Positions 1-9,900 of a stretch of DNA of 24,541 nt are shown in pieces. The DNA lies in IMG/VR virus record IMGVR_UViG_3300035670_000087; one strand, 5' to 3'. A model generated the notes under the pieces. It was not told the DNA's origin. It made no database searches and worked only from the letters and a program-made list of their open reading frames with translations. Position numbers and translations under genes: made by a program. Position 1 is the first letter of the stretch. Each line of letters opens with the position of its first letter. The DNA comes from a virus.

Positions 1-391
1 AACTACCGGCAGTGCCTGATGTACCACTAGATCCATTAGCTCCTGAAGTTCCTGATGTTCCAGAAGTACCAGCAGGAGTTAAAGCCCAAGATGCTGTGGT
101 TGCAAAAGAAGCAGATGTAGCAAATGAGGCGGTACCAAATAATGATCCTGTTAAGAAAACAAAACTACCAGATACGACAACAGGTTCTCTGTTAAAAGTT
201 CCTAATCGTACTATGTTGTTAGAAAAAGCTTCTACTATTGGAATTCCGGAGATATCTTTTACAGCAAATAAAGATCCAGATAGATTATCTGTAATAGAAA
301 AAAGTTGTCCTTGCGAACCTTGTACATCTAAAAGTGTAGATCCAGACCCATTAATTATTAGGCCTTTACGGACTTTGAATTCATTTGCCAT
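1..391 (-). CDS. 5' part of a third Gly-Ser/Thr (Gly-X-Y) repeat fibre protein; runs off the left edge and is absent from the ORF track
   Basis: Manual translation from ATG at 391: MANEFKVRKGLIINGSGSTLLDVQGSQGQLFSITDNLSGSLFAVKDISGIPIVEAFS...GSLFGTASFATSASFATTASWALTPAGTSGTSGTSGANGSSGTSGTAG. The frame is open to the window edge, the N-terminus resembles the 614-aa fibre (FVARNGL), and an AAGGAG lies upstream. Confidence 0.9.
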   Translation of the reverse strand, partial: MANEFKVRKGLIINGSGSTLLDVQGSQGQLFSITDNLSGSLFAVKDISGIPIVEAFSNNIVRLGTFNREPVVVSGSFVFLTGSLFGTASFATSASFATTASWALTPAGTSGTSGTSGANGSSGTSGTAGS

Positions 392-398
392 ATATATC

Positions 399-422
399 TC
401 CTTCTTTCATTATCCAAAAGGA
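399..422 (-). promoter_or_regulatory. 5'-leader hairpin, 7-bp stem (UCCUUUU/AGAAGGA) with GGAUAAUGAA loop, covering an SD-like AAGGAG
   Basis: Minus strand reads tcctttt-ggataatgaa-agaagga-gatatat-ATG. The loop matches the hairpin at 4656-4679. Confidence 0.7.
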
Positions 423-428
423 TCAGTA

Positions 429-439
429 ATAAATATTAA
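429..439 (-). promoter_or_regulatory. Putative phage (late) promoter motif TTAATATTTAT
   Basis: 10/11 match to TTGATATTTAT, which lies upstream of the other two fibre genes. Overlaps the stop codon of the 85-aa gene. Confidence 0.55.
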
Positions 440-693
440 GGAATTGGATTTGGATCAGTCCATTCGGCAGTTGAAAGTATACTTAATATTTCAGTGTAGG
501 TATAAGGACCTTGTTTAGTAGTTAGTGCGTCTACTGACGGTGGTACAGTTGTACCATCCCATTTTACAAATGTCTTTGTTTGATCTACTGACTTTCTTAC
601 TGTGTCAGCTGATGTTTCTAATACTTCGTTAAAATTAATTGTGTCTAATTCAGACACATCGAAGATCATAAATTCTCTGTTTTCGTATGCCAT
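436..693 (-). CDS. Small acidic hypothetical protein (85 aa), possible fibre/lectin-head accessory or chaperone
   Basis: Clean ORF 3 nt downstream of the LamG array. Function is inferred only from position. Confidence 0.8.
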   Translation of the reverse strand: MAYENREFMIFDVSELDTINFNEVLETSADTVRKSVDQTKTFVKWDGTTVPPSVDALTTKQGPYTYTEILSILSTAEWTDPNPIP

Positions 694-696
694 AGT

Positions 697-1416
697 TTAT
701 AAATTAAAGCGTGATTTTTGTGCGTTATAGTTTTGTAGGATTTCTGATGCTGATAGGGCCCTATTATATACTTTATGTAAAAAAATATTTCCATTCCACT
801 GATAATTTCCTCCTGCAAACCTTCCTAGCCAAACTCTTCCAGTATTTGTTGTATTTGAATTAATTGTTATACTCCTTGTAAATACATTAGATCCATTTAT
901 ATAATGCCTTATATTGTTTGTTGATGATGTTTTATCAATAGTTACTTGATAATAAATTAAAGTATTTAAAGAAAAAGTTGTTATTAGAGGCTCTTCATAT
1001 GATGTTCCGGTAGTATTATAAAATAATTTAAACCCAGTTGGAGTATTAGTACTGTCATGAAAACACCCTAATGCCCCACTTACCCCTCCACTATCTCTGT
1101 AATCAAATAAGTATTGTCTACCTATAGTGCCTCCACTATAACTTGCTAAATTAAATACTGTTTCAATCGTAATAGATGTCCAATTTTGCCATTTTACAGC
1201 ATCTAATGAATCCCATCCTACATAATCATTCACACCATCAAATACAATACTACCACCATTAGCACTGTTAAAAGTAGGGCCGTTAGTTAATGTCCCATTA
1301 TTACCATTCCCAGATAAATCAGTCCAAGTAGTACCACTACCAGGGTAAGACTTACTATTAGCGGCATCTAATGCCAGTACTAATCCGTCTGTTGATATGC
1401 TTGGTCCTGTAAACAT
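697..1416 (-). CDS. Concanavalin A-like/LamG-like lectin-domain protein (paralogue 5)
   Basis: GLVLALDAANSKSYPGSGTTWTDLSGNGNNGTLTNGPTF...FDGVNDYV start and YNRALSASEILQNYNAQKSRFNL end. TAATG overlap with the upstream gene. Confidence 0.85.
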   Translation of the reverse strand: MFTGPSISTDGLVLALDAANSKSYPGSGTTWTDLSGNGNNGTLTNGPTFNSANGGSIVFDGVNDYVGWDSLDAVKWQNWTSITIETVFNLASYSGGTIGRQYLFDYRDSGGVSGALGCFHDSTNTPTGFKLFYNTTGTSYEEPLITTFSLNTLIYYQVTIDKTSSTNNIRHYINGSNVFTRSITINSNTTNTGRVWLGRFAGGNYQWNGNIFLHKVYNRALSASEILQNYNAQKSRFNL

Positions 1417-2108
1417 TATAATCCTAATCTTGATTTTTGTGCGTTATAATTTTGTTGGACTTCTGATGCTGTTAAGGATCTATTATAAAATCTGGTTGAA
1501 TATACTTTACAATTTAAATGGTAATCAGTAGATACATCAGCCCTCCTTCCAATTAATCTAGGAGCTAAAGTAGGTGCTACATAAGTTCCTATATTACTTC
1601 CTGCATAACGAGTATTATTTACATATATAGCAGTATTAGATAAAGAGGAACTATCATAAGTAGCGACTAAATTTAAATAGGTACCGCTTGGAATAGTTCC
1701 TGGGGTTGATGAAGTACTGACTACTATAGTATTAGTAACAAACAAGTAAAAATATTGCCCATTATGCCAAAAAAGTTGATACCCTGCATTGGTGCTTATT
1801 GTTGAGAAAAAACCATAAAAAGCAGTAGATAAATTTTCTTCTAAAAGTAGAGTAATATCTATTGTAAAAGCACTGCTATCAAAAGATGCAATATTAGAAA
1901 ATTGAACATAATCATCTGTACTATCAAAATCTATACTACCATTATTAGCACTATCAAAAGTAGGGCCATTAGTTAAAGTACCATTATTACTATTACCACT
2001 TAAATCAAACCAAGTAGTTCCACTACCAGGATAGGATCTACTATTAGCAGCATCTAATGATAGTACTAATCCACTCGTTACTATATTTGATCCTCCTATA
2101 GTTGCCAT
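1416..2108 (-). CDS. ConA/LamG-like lectin-domain protein (paralogue 4)
   Basis: Same conserved termini (LDAANSRSYPGSGTTWFDLSG; YNRSLTASEVQQNYNAQKSRLGL) with a divergent centre. Confidence 0.85.
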   Translation of the reverse strand: MATIGGSNIVTSGLVLSLDAANSRSYPGSGTTWFDLSGNSNNGTLTNGPTFDSANNGSIDFDSTDDYVQFSNIASFDSSAFTIDITLLLEENLSTAFYGFFSTISTNAGYQLFWHNGQYFYLFVTNTIVVSTSSTPGTIPSGTYLNLVATYDSSSLSNTAIYVNNTRYAGSNIGTYVAPTLAPRLIGRRADVSTDYHLNCKVYSTRFYNRSLTASEVQQNYNAQKSRLGL

Positions 2109-2800
2109 TATAAATCGAATCTTGATTTTAGTGCGTTATAGTTTTGTTCTATTTCTGATGCTGAAAGAGCACGGTTGTATATTTTTACGTTCGCTATTCT
2201 CCCATTAAACCATCTGGTTGCGTCCAGCCTACCTACTACAAAAGGATTTATAGTAATATTAGGAGTTGTATTTGTACTTTCCACTGCTCCGGTTCTTTCT
2301 TGAGAATTTACATATAACTTAGTTGTAGATCCTATCAATCCGGGAGTTTTAGTAAAAGTAACATAATACCATGTTTGTACATTTAAAGACGTATTATCTC
2401 TAAATCTATTATTCCAAAAATCTAGAGCTATTCTTCCTTCACGCCACGTAGTACTCAATCCCTGATTTCCTACACCAGTTGAATTATTTCCTACTCCTGA
2501 TGGGTAATTAGTTGAAAAAACTGCTCCATCCCATATAGCAAAATAAGATATAGTAAAAGACGGGTTTCCGGATATAGGAAGGTTTGATGTTCCTATCACA
2601 TAATCATCAATCCCATCAAACACAATACTTCCTTCATTAGCACTATTAAAAGTTGGGCCATTAGTTAAAGTACCATTATACCCATTACCACTTAGATCAC
2701 TCCAAGTAGTTCCACTACCAGGGTACGATTTGGGATTTGCCGCATCTAATGCTAGTACTAATCCATCTGTTACAACATTTGCCCCTCTGTAAAATCCCAT
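2108..2800 (-). CDS. ConA/LamG-like lectin-domain protein (paralogue 3)
   Basis: Same conserved termini, plus LamG-type TWYYVTFT and FNGRIANVKIYNRALS segments. Confidence 0.85.
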   Translation of the reverse strand: MGFYRGANVVTDGLVLALDAANPKSYPGSGTTWSDLSGNGYNGTLTNGPTFNSANEGSIVFDGIDDYVIGTSNLPISGNPSFTISYFAIWDGAVFSTNYPSGVGNNSTGVGNQGLSTTWREGRIALDFWNNRFRDNTSLNVQTWYYVTFTKTPGLIGSTTKLYVNSQERTGAVESTNTTPNITINPFVVGRLDATRWFNGRIANVKIYNRALSASEIEQNYNALKSRFDL

Positions 2801-2801
2801 A

Positions 2802-4646
2802 TTATAACAATCTTACAAGTGATTTAATAGTCCATAATGTATTTGAAGCAGAGGCTTGTAGTTGTACACTAGTAGAAGTTAATGCTGCTTGTAGTATTAT
2901 ACCAGCTGTGCTTCCATTTACATCTGCTGTGTAGTTCTCAAACCATTCTATAGATCCTCCACCCCAAGTAGAATATACTGTACCAGCTCTAGCTATAGAT
3001 CCGCTGTATGCCACATAGTCAAAGAAGGCTGCCCTGTATGAACTTGTTAGTTCAGATGCTATTACTTGATAAGATCCTACAGCTACTGATGTGTTTTGAT
3101 TATAGTCTAATGTAGCAGATATTACAGATAGGCTACCAGTTATAATAACACTTCCTGTGAAGGTGTGAGTATCGGCTATGCTATCTCCGAATATATTGCT
3201 ACCGCTACTATATAGTACTGAAGACGTTACAGTTTGTACTACTAATGTATTGGCTGTGATATTTCCAGTAGAAGATATATTTCCTGCTACAGATAACGTA
3301 GTCCCATCAAATGTTAAGTTAGCTTCGGCATTAGCTGTGTTAGTAGTTCCTAGTGAAGTTAATACCCTGTTATCTACAGCGTTAGTTATAGTGTTAAATC
3401 CTGTACCTGAGGTACCTGATGTACCGCTTGATCCAGTAGATCCCGATGAACCAGATGATCCAGATGACCCTGAGCTACCCGACGTGCCAGAAGTTCCTGA
3501 AGATCCGCTTGTACCTGTAGAGCCAGAACTTCCACTAGTACCAGTTGATCCACTAGATCCTGAAGAACCCCTAGATCCTGAAGAACCACTGCTTCCAGAA
3601 GTTCCACTAGAACCGCTAGTTCCTGTAGAACCTGATGATCCGCTAGTTCCATTAGCTCCGCTTGTTCCTGAAGAACCTGATGTGCCTGTACTACCTGATG
3701 AACCGCTAGTTCCACTAACTCCACTAGATCCTGCTGATCCACTTGTACCGGATGAACCTGAAGAACCTCTAGTTCCTGAGGAACCACTTGAACCTGAAGT
3801 ACCAGAAGTACCGCTACTACCTGATGTACCATTTGCACCACTAGTTCCAGAAGATCCTGAAGTACCAGTAGAGCCTGAGCTACCTGTACTACCTGATGAA
3901 CCGGAAGTACCTGTAGAACCACTACTACCAGAAGTTCCAGAAGAACCTGACGTACCTGTTGTTCCAGATGATCCACTAGTTCCTGTAGAACCGCTACTTC
4001 CTGATGTACCATTTACTCCAGAAGTTCCTGAGGATCCTGCTGTACCACTAGATCCAGCACTACCACTAGTTCCTGTAGAACCGGAAGAACCAGATGTACC
4101 AGTAGAGCCACTAGACCCACTAGTTCCTGTAGAACCGGAAGAACCAGATGTTCCTGTACTACCGCTGCTACCAGATGATCCTCTAGTACCTGATGACCCA
4201 GAGGATCCAGATGTTCCAGTACTACCAGAGGATCCAGATGTCCCACTTGAACCAGAACTTCCACTAGTTCCTGTTGAACCAGAAGATCCACTAGATCCTG
4301 ATGAACCGCTAGTGCCACTAGTTCCAGTGCTACCAGATGATCCACTCGATCCCGAACTTCCTGCTGTTCCAGAGGTGCCAGAAGATCCTGCTGTACCACT
4401 AGATCCAGAAGTACCCGAAGTACCAGATGTATTAGTGGTGGAAGATCTAAAGAAGAACTGTCCACTACCTGTATCTACTACTACGTAGTTATTTAAACTA
4501 TTAGAACTTAAATTAACATTAATAGATCCTGTAATGCTAGTAGTTCCTATTACATATAGGGACCCCGATATACCTGTAGAGCCAGTTATGTATGTATTAT
4601 CTAAGGCAATAAGCCCGTTTCGGGCTACAAAAGGTCCGTTTGGCAT
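2802..4646 (-). CDS. Collagen-like Gly-Ser/Thr repeat fibre protein (614 aa)
   Basis: 113 Gly-X-Y triplets (3408-4424), followed by GTGFNTI..NRVLTS..NAEANLTFDG, a THTFTGS module and a C-terminal domain homologous to that of the 3329-aa protein. Confidence 0.85.
   Translation of the reverse strand: MPNGPFVARNGLIALDNTYITGSTGISGSLYVIGTTSITGSINVNLSSNSLNNYVVVDTGSGQFFFRSSTTNTSGTSGTSGSSGTAGSSGTSGTAGSSGSSGSSGSTGTSGTSGSSGSSGSSGSTGTSGSSGSSGTSGSSGSTGTSGSSGSSGTRGSSGSSGSTGTSGSSGSTGTSGSSGSTGTSGSSGSTGTSGSAGSSGTAGSSGTSGVNGTSGSSGSTGTSGSSGTTGTSGSSGTSGSSGSTGTSGSSGSTGSSGSTGTSGSSGTSGANGTSGSSGTSGTSGSSGSSGTRGSSGSSGTSGSAGSSGVSGTSGSSGSTGTSGSSGTSGANGTSGSSGSTGTSGSSGTSGSSGSSGSRGSSGSSGSTGTSGSSGSTGTSGSSGTSGTSGSSGSSGSSGSSGSTGSSGTSGTSGTGFNTITNAVDNRVLTSLGTTNTANAEANLTFDGTTLSVAGNISSTGNITANTLVVQTVTSSVLYSSGSNIFGDSIADTHTFTGSVIITGSLSVISATLDYNQNTSVAVGSYQVIASELTSSYRAAFFDYVAYSGSIARAGTVYSTWGGGSIEWFENYTADVNGSTAGIILQAALTSTSVQLQASASNTLWTIKSLVRLL
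3408..4424 (-). repeat. Gly-X-Y coding repeat (9-nt period), 113 triplets
   Basis: 1017 nt = 113 x 9. Triplets are GSS/GTS/GST/GTA/GSA with rare GTR, GAN and GVN. Confidence 0.95.
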
Positions 4647-4655
4647 ATAATCTCT

Positions 4656-4679
4656 GTCTCAGTTCCCTATCCCTGAGAC
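4656..4679 (-). promoter_or_regulatory. 5'-leader hairpin, perfect 7-bp stem (GUCUCAG/CUGAGAC) with GGAUAGGGAA loop
   Basis: Minus strand reads gtctcag-ggatagggaa-ctgagac-agagattat-ATG. Confidence 0.75.
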
Positions 4680-4689
4680 GGGGGTTTGA

Positions 4690-4702
4690 ATATAAATATC
4701 AA
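4690..4702 (-). promoter_or_regulatory. Putative phage (late) promoter motif TTGATATTTATAT
   Basis: Identical 13-mer at 16971-16983. Both copies are intergenic and upstream of fibre genes. Confidence 0.65.
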
Positions 4703-5425
4703 TTACAAGCCAAATCTACTTTTTTGTGCGTTGTAGTTTTGTAAAACTTCTTGTGCTGATAAAGTTCTTTTATATATTTGAACTATAGGAATACTTCCTT
4801 TAAATACTAGACCACTCCCAGTTCTCATTCCTATAGTTAAATTATAGGCATTAGTTGGACATGTACCTGAATTATTTTTTGTATATGTGGAACCGAAAAC
4901 ACCATTAAAGTAGGAAGTTTCTATTCTATTATTTAAAGTCCAACCTACGTGATACCAAGTATTAGCTGCCCAATCCCCTCCTGGTTTATAAGAATTCATG
5001 CCTTCATCATAAGATCCGCAACTTAAAGGTCCTGAGGATGTATAAGTGTGTATATACCCTCCGGGATATATACCTAATTCATATTCTGTATAATGTTTAC
5101 CAACTAAACATTGCCTATAAGGAAGCCCGTTTTGGGGTATTTTAAACCATACTAGAATAGTAATATTATAACTCATGTTTAGAGATTGAGATGTAGTTTT
5201 ATATACATAATCGTCAATCCCATCAAATACTATAGTTCCTCCAGCATCATTGCTAAATGTAGGTCCGTTTGTTAATGTTCCGTTATTATTATTGCCACTA
5301 ACATCTTTCCAAATAGTCCCAGAAGTCATTGGATAATAAGAAGTATTAGATCCGGCATCTAAATAAAATACTAGACCTTCTTTAACTATATTTGGGCCTC
5401 TCCATCCTGCATTTATTGTACTCAT
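4703..5425 (-). CDS. ConA/LamG-like lectin-domain protein (paralogue 2)
   Basis: GLVFYLDAG..SY..SGTIWKDVSGNNNNGTLTNGPTF, NTWYHVGWT and LSAQEVLQNYNAQKSRFGL. ATGA overlap with the upstream gene. Confidence 0.85.
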   Translation of the reverse strand: MSTINAGWRGPNIVKEGLVFYLDAGSNTSYYPMTSGTIWKDVSGNNNNGTLTNGPTFSNDAGGTIVFDGIDDYVYKTTSQSLNMSYNITILVWFKIPQNGLPYRQCLVGKHYTEYELGIYPGGYIHTYTSSGPLSCGSYDEGMNSYKPGGDWAANTWYHVGWTLNNRIETSYFNGVFGSTYTKNNSGTCPTNAYNLTIGMRTGSGLVFKGSIPIVQIYKRTLSAQEVLQNYNAQKSRFGL

Positions 5426-6078
5426 AATCCGTATCTTCCTTTTACAGAATTATAGTTTTGTAATACTTCCGAATCAGATAATGCTATATTATATAATTGA
5501 AAATAAGATATTCTACCATTTAGAAATCTTGATCCCCCTATAGTTCCTATATAATAAAGAGTTCCTGATGAGTATGTGTCTGTTCCCATATACTCTCTTT
5601 GTCCATTTACATATATAGAATGTCTAGCTGATCCAGTTGAGTTATCAAGCCTAAAACATACTTGATACCACCTATTGGCGACAAATATTGTAGACCCACT
5701 TCTCCATCCAGTCCCTGTATACCATGAAGCTCTAGAACTGTATATAGCGGGATACCACACTACATTTGAGCCTCCTACTATATTATTTAAAACCCCAAAT
5801 CCTGGATTTAGCATAATCCAACTTACTATAGTAAAATTACTAGCCACATTTAAAACGGGTGTTGAAAAATAATCATTTATCCCATCTAGATACATTGAAG
5901 ACATACTATTATCAAAGGAATAATACGTTCCATTCTGTAATGTACAATTTCTATTAAATCCACTAATATCTCTCCATGTAGTGCCTGATCCTGGATATGA
6001 GTCTCTCTTGGCTGCATCTAAACTTAATACTAGACCATCTTTTATCGTATTACCATAATATGCTATCCTTCCTGCCAT
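5422..6078 (-). CDS. ConA/LamG-like lectin-domain protein (paralogue 1)
   Basis: GLVLSLDAAKRDSYPGSGTTWRDISG, NRWYQV and YNIALSDSEVLQNYNSVKGRYGL. Confidence 0.85.
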   Translation of the reverse strand: MAGRIAYYGNTIKDGLVLSLDAAKRDSYPGSGTTWRDISGFNRNCTLQNGTYYSFDNSMSSMYLDGINDYFSTPVLNVASNFTIVSWIMLNPGFGVLNNIVGGSNVVWYPAIYSSRASWYTGTGWRSGSTIFVANRWYQVCFRLDNSTGSARHSIYVNGQREYMGTDTYSSGTLYYIGTIGGSRFLNGRISYFQLYNIALSDSEVLQNYNSVKGRYGL

Positions 6079-6081
6079 TAA

Positions 6082-6915
6082 TTAAAATAATTTGTAATAC
6101 CCATTCATATGTCTTACTAGTTGCCCTTCATCTGGACTTTTTGGATACACTATACACTCTATCATTCTACATCTACTAGGATAAAAAGTCCCTCCTAATA
6201 AATAAAATTGAGTGGTATTATAACTTCTTGTTGTGTAGTTTGGTATAGTTGATAATGCGTATGATCCATTATTAACCCCTCTACCTACTGTAGCTCCTTG
6301 TGTATAGGCTTTAACTACTCCCCCATTTACTATACTAGGTCCAAAATTACTAGTTAAGGTGTCTGTCGTATTTCCAGCATTGTCTGAAACAGTTATCCAC
6401 AAAGTTCCATTAGTTAAATCTCTTATCCTTAATGCAAATCTAGGATGAGCTGTTGTATGAGTGGTTCCAAATCCCGTAGCCTGTCCGCTAGCATCATCCA
6501 CATTCGATATCATATAGGAGTATAGATTTTCTCCAGTTATAGATCCTACTGGTACCAGCATTGATTGCCCTGTAGTATAGTTTTGTAAACATGGATTGTT
6601 CAATAGTGTTACAATTGATCCGCTATTTACTATTCTAGGTTGGTTAGCAGCTGTTGTTTGTGTGGCATTTCTGCCATTTCCAGACTGATCATACCACGTA
6701 GTTACAAATCCACTTCCACCCCCTACAAAATCCAGTAATGAATTTTGATCTAAAGAATACCTGTAAAATCCTATATTTTTTGTTGCATTATCTGAACTTC
6801 GTCTAACTGTTATAGCGCTTCCTGTATAATAACTATTTACCTTACGTAAAGAATATGCTACATAGGCTCCGGGAAATAAATCTAATGTTGGACCAGGACC
6901 GTATCTAAAAGCCAT
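6082..6915 (-). CDS. ConA-like fold protein of a different subfamily (arabinofuranosidase-B-catalytic-like N-terminus)
   Basis: AYSLRKV...AITVRRSSDN...IGF and GFVTTWYDQSGNGRNATQ motifs, recognised by eye. Confidence 0.65.
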   Translation of the reverse strand: MAFRYGPGPTLDLFPGAYVAYSLRKVNSYYTGSAITVRRSSDNATKNIGFYRYSLDQNSLLDFVGGGSGFVTTWYDQSGNGRNATQTTAANQPRIVNSGSIVTLLNNPCLQNYTTGQSMLVPVGSITGENLYSYMISNVDDASGQATGFGTTHTTAHPRFALRIRDLTNGTLWITVSDNAGNTTDTLTSNFGPSIVNGGVVKAYTQGATVGRGVNNGSYALSTIPNYTTRSYNTTQFYLLGGTFYPSRCRMIECIVYPKSPDEGQLVRHMNGYYKLF

Positions 6916-6924
6916 AGATATTTT

Positions 6925-9900
6925 TTATATTGCTCTAATAATTGTTTTAACTACCCATCCCACACTGTTAACAGATCCTGTAATCACAAAGTCACTACCA
7001 GATATAATACCTCCAAACATAATATCTGTAGTATCTCCAAACCCATTCAAAGAGGTATCTGTTATATCTACCTGAGATCCTGACCACACAGACATTAAGC
7101 TTCCTGCTCTAATATTAGATCCACTCTTTGCTGTATATTCCACAAACATTCCATCATAAGACGCTGTAGCTATTGAGTATACAGTGAAACTTCCTATTGC
7201 AGTAGTAGATATTCTTTTAGAAGTGTTTAATACTGGGGCATTATAATCTCCTATAAGTGTAGTTGAATCGCTAAATACTTCTAATATAGGAAGACCTGAT
7301 ATATCATTTACACTAAATAATGAACCTGATAAACTATCTACTATAGAGAACAGCTCTCCTTGGCTTCCTTGTATGCTAAATATTGGCTGCGCTGATCCTG
7401 ACCCTACTACGGTTAACCTTTGTGTGCCAGATCCAGACACTAATATTGCAGACGCAGTTATTGTTTGTGCTAGAGTATTACCTACAATATTTAAAGATCC
7501 TGTGATATTCATAGATCCTGTAACTCTATGAGCATCACTTACAACATTACCTATAGCTACACCTGTTTGAGACACTCTTAGCTCTACCGCACTGCCTGTT
7601 GATACTATGAGAGATCCTACAATTGTAGTGTCTCCATTTAGTGCAGATGTTCCTATAATAGTATAGCTTCCGCTTACAGTTATACTACCAGTGAACTGAT
7701 GCGTATCTGCTGTGCTGTCTCCAAACTTAGTGCTTCCGCTAGTTACAATTACTGAGGATGTTATGTACTCTACTATTAATGTTTGTGCATTTATAGTATT
7801 AGTTACTACAAGAGATCCAGTTATTGTAGTGCTTCCAGATATTGCTACTGATCCGTTGTTTACTAAAAGTACTGCTGATGCTGTAGCTGCATTTAGACTT
7901 CCGTCAGACACTACTACTCTTCCTTGTGCAGCATTGCTTATAGTATTGAAACCAGTACCAGAAGTACCACTAGATCCTGTTGATCCTGCTGAGCCCGATG
8001 TACCGCTAGATCCTGATGTTCCGCTAGTACCTGTAGAGCCTGAGCTTCCAGAAGTACCACTAGATCCTGTTGATCCACTAGAACCTGAGCTACCAGCAGA
8101 TCCAGATGTTCCTGTAGAACCAGATGAACCAGAAGATCCTCTAGTTCCTGAAGAACCGCTTGTACCTGTACTACCAGATGATCCAGAAGTTCCTGTTGAT
8201 CCAGAACTTCCTGTTGATCCAGAACTTCCAGATGTTCCAGTAGATCCTGATGAACCAGATGTTCCTGAAGTACCAGATGAACCAGAAGTTCCTGTAGAAC
8301 CTGAAGAACCAGATGTACCAGTAGATCCACTACTACCTGATGAACCACTGCTTCCACTAGTTCCACTAGTTCCTGATGTACCAGTAGTTCCTGCTGAACC
8401 AGATGTACCGCTAGTTCCAGAAGAACCAGTAGAGCCTGAGCTTCCAGAGCTACCGGAAGAACCTGATGTACCCGAAGTCCCAGTTGTACCCGATGTTCCC
8501 GAAGATCCTCTAGTTCCAGAGCTACCACTTGTACCGCTTGTACCAGAACTTCCGGTAGAACCACTTGAACCGGATGAGCCAGATGTACCGCTAGTTCCAG
8601 TTGATCCTGAAGATCCAGAGGACCCTGATGAACCGCTAGTTCCTGTAGAACCAGACGATCCGCTTGATCCTGAGGTACCGGATGTACCTGTGGAACCAGA
8701 TGATCCAGAACTTCCACTAGATCCTGATGAACCGGATGTGCCTGTGCTACCACTTGATCCTGATGTTCCGGTAGAACCTGAAGAACCAGATGTTCCAGAA
8801 GAACCAGTTGAGCCTGAGCTACCGCTAGTACCGGTAGATCCTGATGTGCCACTAGTACCACTTGATCCTCTTGTACCTGAAGTACCGGAACTACCTGATG
8901 AGCCAGAAGATCCTGCTGTACCTGAGGTACCACTAGTTGCAGCAGTGTAGGAAGTACCATTTATGAACAATGATCCACTTATTCTAACACTTCCTGTAAA
9001 TTCATGAGTATTATTAACAAGTGTTCCAAAATGGGTAGAACCTGTAACCAGTTCTACACTAGCAGTTATAGTTTGTACTATTAAAGTCTGAGCTGTTAAT
9101 GTTCCTCTTACAGTAAGATTATCTGCTGAAGAGGCTGTCAATGCGTTAGTTGCCCAACTAGAAGTGCCTATTAAGTTACCTACAAAAGATCCGGTGAATG
9201 ATCCTGATATAGAAGGTACTGTCTTTGTGTTTTGCCACTCAGCTCCGTTGTACACTAATAGATCTCCTGTTGCTACATTTGAAATTGCTACATCAGATAA
9301 ATCATTTAATGATACTGCTGCAGCCGCTCCACCACCACCTCCAGTAGTGTTTCTAAACGATCCAGCTTGTATTATTTTTACATCTGTTGTGTTTGATAAA
9401 TCAGTTGTGCCTGATTTTATGACTATATATCCTAAAAATATAGCTTGTGTTGCTGTATTATTATTTTCCTCAAATGTTTCGTAAGGAAGATTGGATAAAG
9501 CTGTTGCTATAGAATTATAAATTTCTCTACCATAGTAAACACCTATTGTGTTAGGTTGATTAGGGAAGTAAAATACTCTTTGTATTGAATATTGTCCACC
9601 AGGAGCAGCAGATAATCCTGTTGATGTTGTTGGAGTATTATAGTTTCCAGGATCTAATACAGTTGTTCCTGTAGTAGTTACAAAAACAGATCCTGATTTA
9701 TAATACCTAAATACGTTTGGTGCATTATACCCTGCATCCGATACTAAAGAAGGTTTATTTGCATCATTAACGTAATTTCTACCTAAAGAGTATGATTTAC
9801 CTTCAGTTCTATTTAGAGAAAGACTGGAACCGCTAGGTTCTATTGTATGTCCAGATATCTTTATTCCACCAAAAGCTCTAATAAATTCATAAGTTTGTTG

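Noticed and set aside
389-406. Resemblance of GAAGGAGATATATATG to the T7 gene 10/pET ribosome-binding site (vector contamination)
   Set aside because: The match is short and imperfect, forms one arm of a native hairpin, and has no other vector sequence around it.
697-6078. Invertase-driven shufflon of lectin cassettes
   Set aside because: All copies are complete, co-oriented genes with their own starts. No inverted recombination sites or recombinase are visible.
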